Source of the DNA: Flavobacteriales bacterium
GTDB lineage: Bacteria > Bacteroidota > Bacteroidia > Flavobacteriales_D > UBA2798
Assembly: GCA_046289975.1 (NCBI GenBank)
Contig: JBKBUQ010000004.1
Location: 1 to 43,422, forward strand
Length of the DNA: 43,422 nt
Direction of reading: 5' to 3'
Positions within the stretch are counted from its first letter, which is position 1. Each line of letters opens with the position of its first letter. The notes under the pieces were generated by a model. That model was not told the DNA's origin, searched no databases, and saw nothing but the letters and a program-made list of their open reading frames with translations. Shown here one piece after another: positions 39,028-43,422 of the stretch. The position numbers were made by a program, and so were the translations under genes.

Positions 39028-39061
39028 AAAAAAATCCCGGCTTTAAAGTCGGGATTTTTTT
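39028..39061. terminator. Bidirectional intrinsic terminator
   Basis: A7-TCCCGGCTT-TA-AAGTCGGGA-T7 between convergent genes. Confidence 0.88.
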
Positions 39062-39064
39062 ATG

Positions 39065-39427
39065 CTATTTAAATCCAAGCTCTTTAACAGGATCCCAAAA
39101 AAGTTTATCAAAATCAATTACTGTATCATCTACAATAAGAATACCTTCTGCCTCTAGCAATTGTTGCATTTCAACAGGAGAAGAAAAGTGCATTTTTCCG
39201 GTTAACTCACCATTGCGATTAACTACCCGATGGGCAGGCACACCCTTTTGCACGTGTGAAGCATTCATTGCCCATCCCACCATACGTGATGATCGAGCCG
39301 ATCCAAGGTAGTTGGCTATTGCTCCATAACTGGTTACACGACCATAAGGCACAAGTCGTACCACCTGGTAAACCAGATCAAAAAAATCCTTGTTCTTTTC
39401 GCTTAACTTAACGGGTTTTGTACTCAA
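39065..39427 (-). CDS. Alkyltransferase-like (ATL/YbaZ, MGMT family) protein
   Basis: VPYGRVTSYG.IA, RMVG.AM, PAHRVVN (Ala in place of the catalytic Cys of PCHR), LLEAEG. Start is probably TTG 39427. Confidence 0.88.
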   Translation of the reverse strand: MSTKPVKLSEKNKDFFDLVYQVVRLVPYGRVTSYGAIANYLGSARSSRMVGWAMNASHVQKGVPAHRVVNRNGELTGKMHFSSPVEMQQLLEAEGILIVDDTVIDFDKLFWDPVKELGFK

Positions 39428-40190
39428 TGGTTTTATAGTATTTTTCAAGCTCGGCCAAAGATGGATCGAGTTCAATTCGCAATTCAGGATTCATCTTAAA
39501 ATCAGCTGGCAACTCAAATTTCAGATACTTGATCTTTTTTCCTTTTGCAAGCCACATTTGTTCATAATGCGTCCGGATATCAAGAATATCGCGGGTAGAT
39601 ATATCAAACGTTTCAAATTGATCGCCATAAAGATCTCCGGTGTCTACCAAACATTTCAAATTGTATTTGTTGATCACTTCACGTGTAAAAACATACAATA
39701 AATCACTATCGGTTTTTACATGAATCAATCCATTCGGCTTTAAAAAAGAACAATAATTCTCGAGAAAATACGGGGAGCTGAGTCGTTTATTTTCTTTGCC
39801 TTCACGTGGTTGTGGATCAGAAAAAGTCAACCAGATCTCGTCCACCTCATCTTTACTAAAAAACGCTTTTATAAAATCAATCCGAGTACGAAGAAAGGCT
39901 GCATTTTTTATGGACTCGTCCACAGCAGTTTTTGCTCCTCTCCAAATCCGGGCGCCTTTTACATCTACTCCAATAAAATTCCGTTCCGGAAACCGCTTTG
40001 CCAATCCTACCGTATACTCACCCTTACCGCAACCCAACTCGAGGGTAATGGGATGCTCATTGTTAAAAATTTCCTTTTTCCAATTGCCTTTGATTGGATG
40101 ATCCGTTTCCAATAACTCTTTTCCCGACTGCTGAATCACATTCGGAAAACCTTCCATTTCAGCCCATCGCTGCAGCTTGTTCTTGCCCAT
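39408..40190 (-). CDS. trmB: tRNA (guanine46-N7)-methyltransferase
   Basis: LELGCGKGEY, GVDVKGARIW, WLTFSDPQ, KRL, KTDS, THYE. Confidence 0.96.
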   Translation of the reverse strand: MGKNKLQRWAEMEGFPNVIQQSGKELLETDHPIKGNWKKEIFNNEHPITLELGCGKGEYTVGLAKRFPERNFIGVDVKGARIWRGAKTAVDESIKNAAFLRTRIDFIKAFFSKDEVDEIWLTFSDPQPREGKENKRLSSPYFLENYCSFLKPNGLIHVKTDSDLLYVFTREVINKYNLKCLVDTGDLYGDQFETFDISTRDILDIRTHYEQMWLAKGKKIKYLKFELPADFKMNPELRIELDPSLAELEKYYKTIEYKTR

Positions 40191-40281
40191 AATTGCAAAG
40201 AAAGTTATTCATCCCCTTATACCCACAAAAACAAACAGGAAAATACGAGTTGAAGGTAAAATTATCACCTATTTTGCACTT

Positions 40282-41226
40282 GTGTTCAACCCTCAGCGCA
40301 TACTCGTAGCACCACTCGATTGGGGACTCGGCCATGCATCCCGATGTATTCCGCTCATCAGGCAATACGTTGCGGAAGGTCATCAGGTAATTCTGGCAAC
40401 ATATGGTAATTCAGCAGCCTTGCTACAAAACGAATTTCCGGAACTACGATCCATCCTTCTTCCCGGAATCGAAATACAGTATCCAAAAAATGCCGGAATG
40501 AAATTCACAATGCTGAAACAATACTTCTCAATAAGAAAAGCTATTCGCTCTGAACATCGTTTATTTCAGGATATAATTGAAAAAGAAAAAATCGACAGGG
40601 TAATATCCGACAACAGGTATGGCCTTTATTCTTCAAAAATCCACTGTACAATTATAACACATCAATTGTTTATTCGTGCCGGAATATTCTCAGGGATTAT
40701 AAATGCTATCAATCGATCCTACCTGAAAAAATTCGATGAGGTGTGGGTACCTGATTTTGAAGGCGAGAAAAATCTTTCGGGAGAGCTTTCGCATGGAAAA
40801 CACCGATTAAAAAATGTAAAGTATATCGGACCGCTATCACGCTACGCAGGACAATCTGGAGAAATGACGGAGAAAAAATTTGACATCCTTATACTTTTAT
40901 CCGGTCCTGAACCCCAAAGGAGCTTATTGGAAATTGAACTTGCCGATAAATTAAAAAGTACTGCCAAAAAAATTGCGTTGATACGTGGCACATTAAAAAA
41001 TATAGAAAACCCATTTAAAAGTGAAACAATAATCGTTCCAATGGCCAATGAAAAACAAATCCTCGAATTGATTCGCCATTCCGAACATATCATTTGCCGT
41101 TCAGGGTATTCTACGATTATGGATCTGCATGCCTTAGGTAGAACTGCAGAATTCATTCCAACTCCCGGACAAACCGAACAAGAATACCTTGCTCAACTTC
41201 ATAAACCTAAAGCCCAATCAACTTAG
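40282..41226 (+). CDS. GT-B glycosyltransferase (GT28 C-terminal/MJ1255-like)
   Basis: APLDWGLGHASRCIP, ISDNRYG, SGPEPQR, CRSGYSTIMDL, PTPGQTEQEYLA. Start re-called at GTG 40282. Confidence 0.9.
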   Translation: MFNPQRILVAPLDWGLGHASRCIPLIRQYVAEGHQVILATYGNSAALLQNEFPELRSILLPGIEIQYPKNAGMKFTMLKQYFSIRKAIRSEHRLFQDIIEKEKIDRVISDNRYGLYSSKIHCTIITHQLFIRAGIFSGIINAINRSYLKKFDEVWVPDFEGEKNLSGELSHGKHRLKNVKYIGPLSRYAGQSGEMTEKKFDILILLSGPEPQRSLLEIELADKLKSTAKKIALIRGTLKNIENPFKSETIIVPMANEKQILELIRHSEHIICRSGYSTIMDLHALGRTAEFIPTPGQTEQEYLAQLHKPKAQST

Positions 41227-41963
41227 TTGGTCGCCATTTCAATTTTCTCATTCCTGATCCACTTCACTAACAAATCATCATTGGCCAACAGATCACCAAC
41301 CATAAAGTAATTGGAGTGTGTTATGGCTTGTGCTTCGTGAAATGATTCACGTACAACTTTCCAGGGATAAAAGCCCGATGAATGAATCATAAAAATGGAA
41401 GTGTCTTGTTTTTGTAAAAAACCAACATGCGAATCAAGTCCGAGAATGAAAATTGAATTTTTCTGTCGCAATAAATGTTCTTTCAATTTATCTCTTCTCC
41501 CATTGGTAAAAACAAATACATCCTTCTCTCTACACAGCGAATTAATGATGATACTTGCTGCTTGTTGCGCTAGTCGGACCCGATCCAATTCAAATCCTGC
41601 ATGAAGCAATGTTGTTGTAACAAAATACCCGCAGGCAATATTGCCTTCGCCCGGATTTTCTGTTGTACCATTAAAATCCCACGGAGTACCATACCAAAAT
41701 TGAAAAAGAGAATCGCTGAGTGTAGTGTATAAGTATTATCGGGATCGATCGACCCAATTTTTCTTTTCACTACCTTTCATCTTCTTTACTAGCGGTTTAC
41801 GGAACCTATCCATTCTTATACGAAGTCCGCTGTATTCGGCACGGAAATATTCCTTTTGCATGCCTTGTAAACTATGATACCATGAATCTTCAGGCAATCT
41901 GATTCTTTCCTTTTGGGAACAGGAAAGAATCAGAAACACAAATAATAGAAATACATACTTCAT
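41223..41963 (-). pseudogene. Lipoprotein with putative NlpC/P60-like (papain-fold) Cys-His motifs, interrupted by an in-frame TAA at 41736-41738
   Basis: MKYVFLLFVFLILS-C lipobox; the frame continues past the stop as YLYTTLSDSLFQFWYGTPWDFNG...IACGYFVTTTL..AGF...LAQQAAS...SHVGFL...MIHSS into ORF 41223..41609. Confidence 0.75.
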
Positions 41964-42070
41964 ACAGAAAATGACCTCTGTAAATCTAAAACCTCCATCA
42001 TCAATCAAAACTCCCAATGATTATGTGCAGTAACCGGGCTATTGACCGCCGAAAAAGTTGTAAGGAAAAT

Positions 42071-43117
42071 TTAGCGGCTGCGCTCGAGCGTAAATGCAAA
42101 GGTAGTCCCAACATTTTCGGTACTCCTCACATTAAGGGCCTGGCCATGAGCTTCAACAATGTGTTTTACAATTGAAAGTCCTAGTCCTGACCCCCCCTGA
42201 TTGCGGGCGCGGCTTTTATCTACTCTATAGAAACGTTCAAATATTCGTGGCAGGTGTTCTGATGGAATTCCGGGGCCATTATCAGCAACTTCAATCAATA
42301 CTTTATCATCAACATCAAAAAAACGAATATTCGTTTTCCCGCCTTCTTTTCCATAGTTAACTGAATTCACAAGGAGGTTGGTCAATACCTGCGCAATTCT
42401 TCCCTTATCGCAATTAACGAAAATTGGTTTATCGTAACTCTTATTAAAGTTTAAGGAAATAATTCGTTCACGTGCTTTCATTTCGAGTGAATCCATCACT
42501 TCTTTACAGAGTTCGATAATATTCACCTTACGAATATCAAGTTCCACCCTGCCGGACTCAAGCTGATTGATCATATCCAGATCTTCGATGATGTGCGTAA
42601 TACGATCCACACCGTTAGCAGCTCTCTGAAGAAAATTGCGATTGATGGAAGGATCTTCGAGTCCACCATCCAACAAAGTGAGAATATAACCCTGAATACT
42701 GAATATGGGAGTTTTCAATTCGTGCGCCAGGTTGCCAAGGAATTCGCGTCTGAAACTCTCCTGTTCTTTTAATTTTTCAATTTCCTTCTCCTTATCTTCT
42801 GCCCAGCCCATTACTTCCTTATCCACATCAGCAATCATATCCTCAGAGCGCTGAATTTTTTCCTTTAGCTCCTTTCCGATCTTCTGATTATAAATGGATT
42901 TATAGATCACTTTTACGCGTGCGTAAATAAATCGATCTACCAAATAAAAAATAAATACGAAGGAGACTATAAATACGAGTACGGACGCTACGAACGGGTA
43001 TACAAACTCCCACTGAGAAGAGTAGATGTATACCATTACCATAACAATTAAAAAAGAAAGCACCCCAAGTATCAGCGATACAAAAAAAGCAATGCCCCTG
43101 GGTGTTGATGTATTCAT
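42071..43117 (-). CDS. PhoR-like sensor histidine kinase (HisKA + HATPase)
   Basis: Two TM helices, REFLGNLAHELKTP, NLLVNS, DNGPGI, FERFYRVDKSR, GSGLGLSIVKH. ATG 43117 overlaps the regulator stop. Confidence 0.93.
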   Translation of the reverse strand: MNTSTPRGIAFFVSLILGVLSFLIVMVMVYIYSSQWEFVYPFVASVLVFIVSFVFIFYLVDRFIYARVKVIYKSIYNQKIGKELKEKIQRSEDMIADVDKEVMGWAEDKEKEIEKLKEQESFRREFLGNLAHELKTPIFSIQGYILTLLDGGLEDPSINRNFLQRAANGVDRITHIIEDLDMINQLESGRVELDIRKVNIIELCKEVMDSLEMKARERIISLNFNKSYDKPIFVNCDKGRIAQVLTNLLVNSVNYGKEGGKTNIRFFDVDDKVLIEVADNGPGIPSEHLPRIFERFYRVDKSRARNQGGSGLGLSIVKHIVEAHGQALNVRSTENVGTTFAFTLERSR

Positions 43118-43422
43118 CAATTTTCCAACTTGTATCCAACACCTTTAACAGTGCGAATTAAATCTTCTCCAAGTTTTTCACGCAGTTTTCGGATGTGAAC
43201 ATCAATAGTACGATCTCCAACCACAATATCATTCCCCCAAACTTCATTTAAAATGGCTTCACGGGTAAAAACTTTTCCGGGCTTGGAAAGCAGCAATGCA
43301 AGTAATTCAAACTCCTTTTTGGGAAGCGACATCTCTTCACCATCCTTAAACACCAAATAACGCTCGCGGTCTACACTGATTCCTGACATACTTTCGGGTG
43401 AAGCAACATTTAAGGCAGATCC
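43117..43422 (-). CDS. OmpR/PhoB-family response regulator, C-terminal DNA-binding domain (5' part outside window)
   Basis: LPKKEFELL, VFTRE.IL..VWG, DRTIDVHIRKLREKL, TVKGVGY. Frame is open to the window edge. Confidence 0.93.
   Translation of the reverse strand, partial: GSALNVASPESMSGISVDRERYLVFKDGEEMSLPKKEFELLALLLSKPGKVFTREAILNEVWGNDIVVGDRTIDVHIRKLREKLGEDLIRTVKGVGYKLEN

Noticed and set aside
39065-39427. MGMT lacking the catalytic Cys (PAHR) as a novel or dead enzyme
   Set aside because: This is the known alkyltransferase-like subfamily.
41736-41738. Stop-codon recoding (alternative code, Sec/Pyl) at the in-frame TAA
   Set aside because: TAA, TAG and TGA all terminate conserved genes in this window, and TAA is not a Sec/Pyl codon.
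41570-41770. 66-aa minus ORF suggesting a double frameshift
   Set aside because: The flanking fragments are already in the same frame, so a single stop explains the split.

Overview
A 43.4-kb, gene-dense core-genome segment from a Bacteroidota bacterium, probably Flavobacteriales-like. The evidence is gldB/gldC, T9SS C-terminal sorting domains, TAnnTTTG promoters and A/C-rich translation starts without Shine-Dalgarno sites. Left half (minus strand): the dcw cluster (mraZ-rsmH-ftsL-ftsI-murE-mraY-murD-[stand-alone MurD C-terminal domain]-ftsW-murG-murC-ftsQ-ftsA-ftsZ-yqeY), followed by a di-haem cytochrome c lipoprotein that runs off the window edge and is missing from the ORF track. Middle: alpha/beta hydrolase-engB, gldB-gldC, an outer-membrane beta-barrel, nadE (split by an A9 run) with a coupled 29-aa membrane ORF, a SPOR protein, a cation:H+ antiporter, a ferredoxin reductase/2Fe-2S ferredoxin pair, a propeller-amidohydrolase coupled to a propeller/HisKA_2 kinase, and mrp-nfu. 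Right: two T9SS cargo genes (a penta-haem cytochrome c and an FG-GAP/ASPIC-UnbV protein), atl-like, trmB, a glycosyltransferase, an NlpC/P60-like lipoprotein with an in-frame TAA, and a PhoR/PhoB-like pair. No rRNA, tRNA, CRISPR array or mobile element was seen. Best leads: (1) a T9SS-tagged multihaem cytochrome c, a possible route for surface electron transfer; (2) an intact, diverged stand-alone MurD domain-3 gene inside the dcw operon. All assignments come from motif recognition by eye; no database searches were run.
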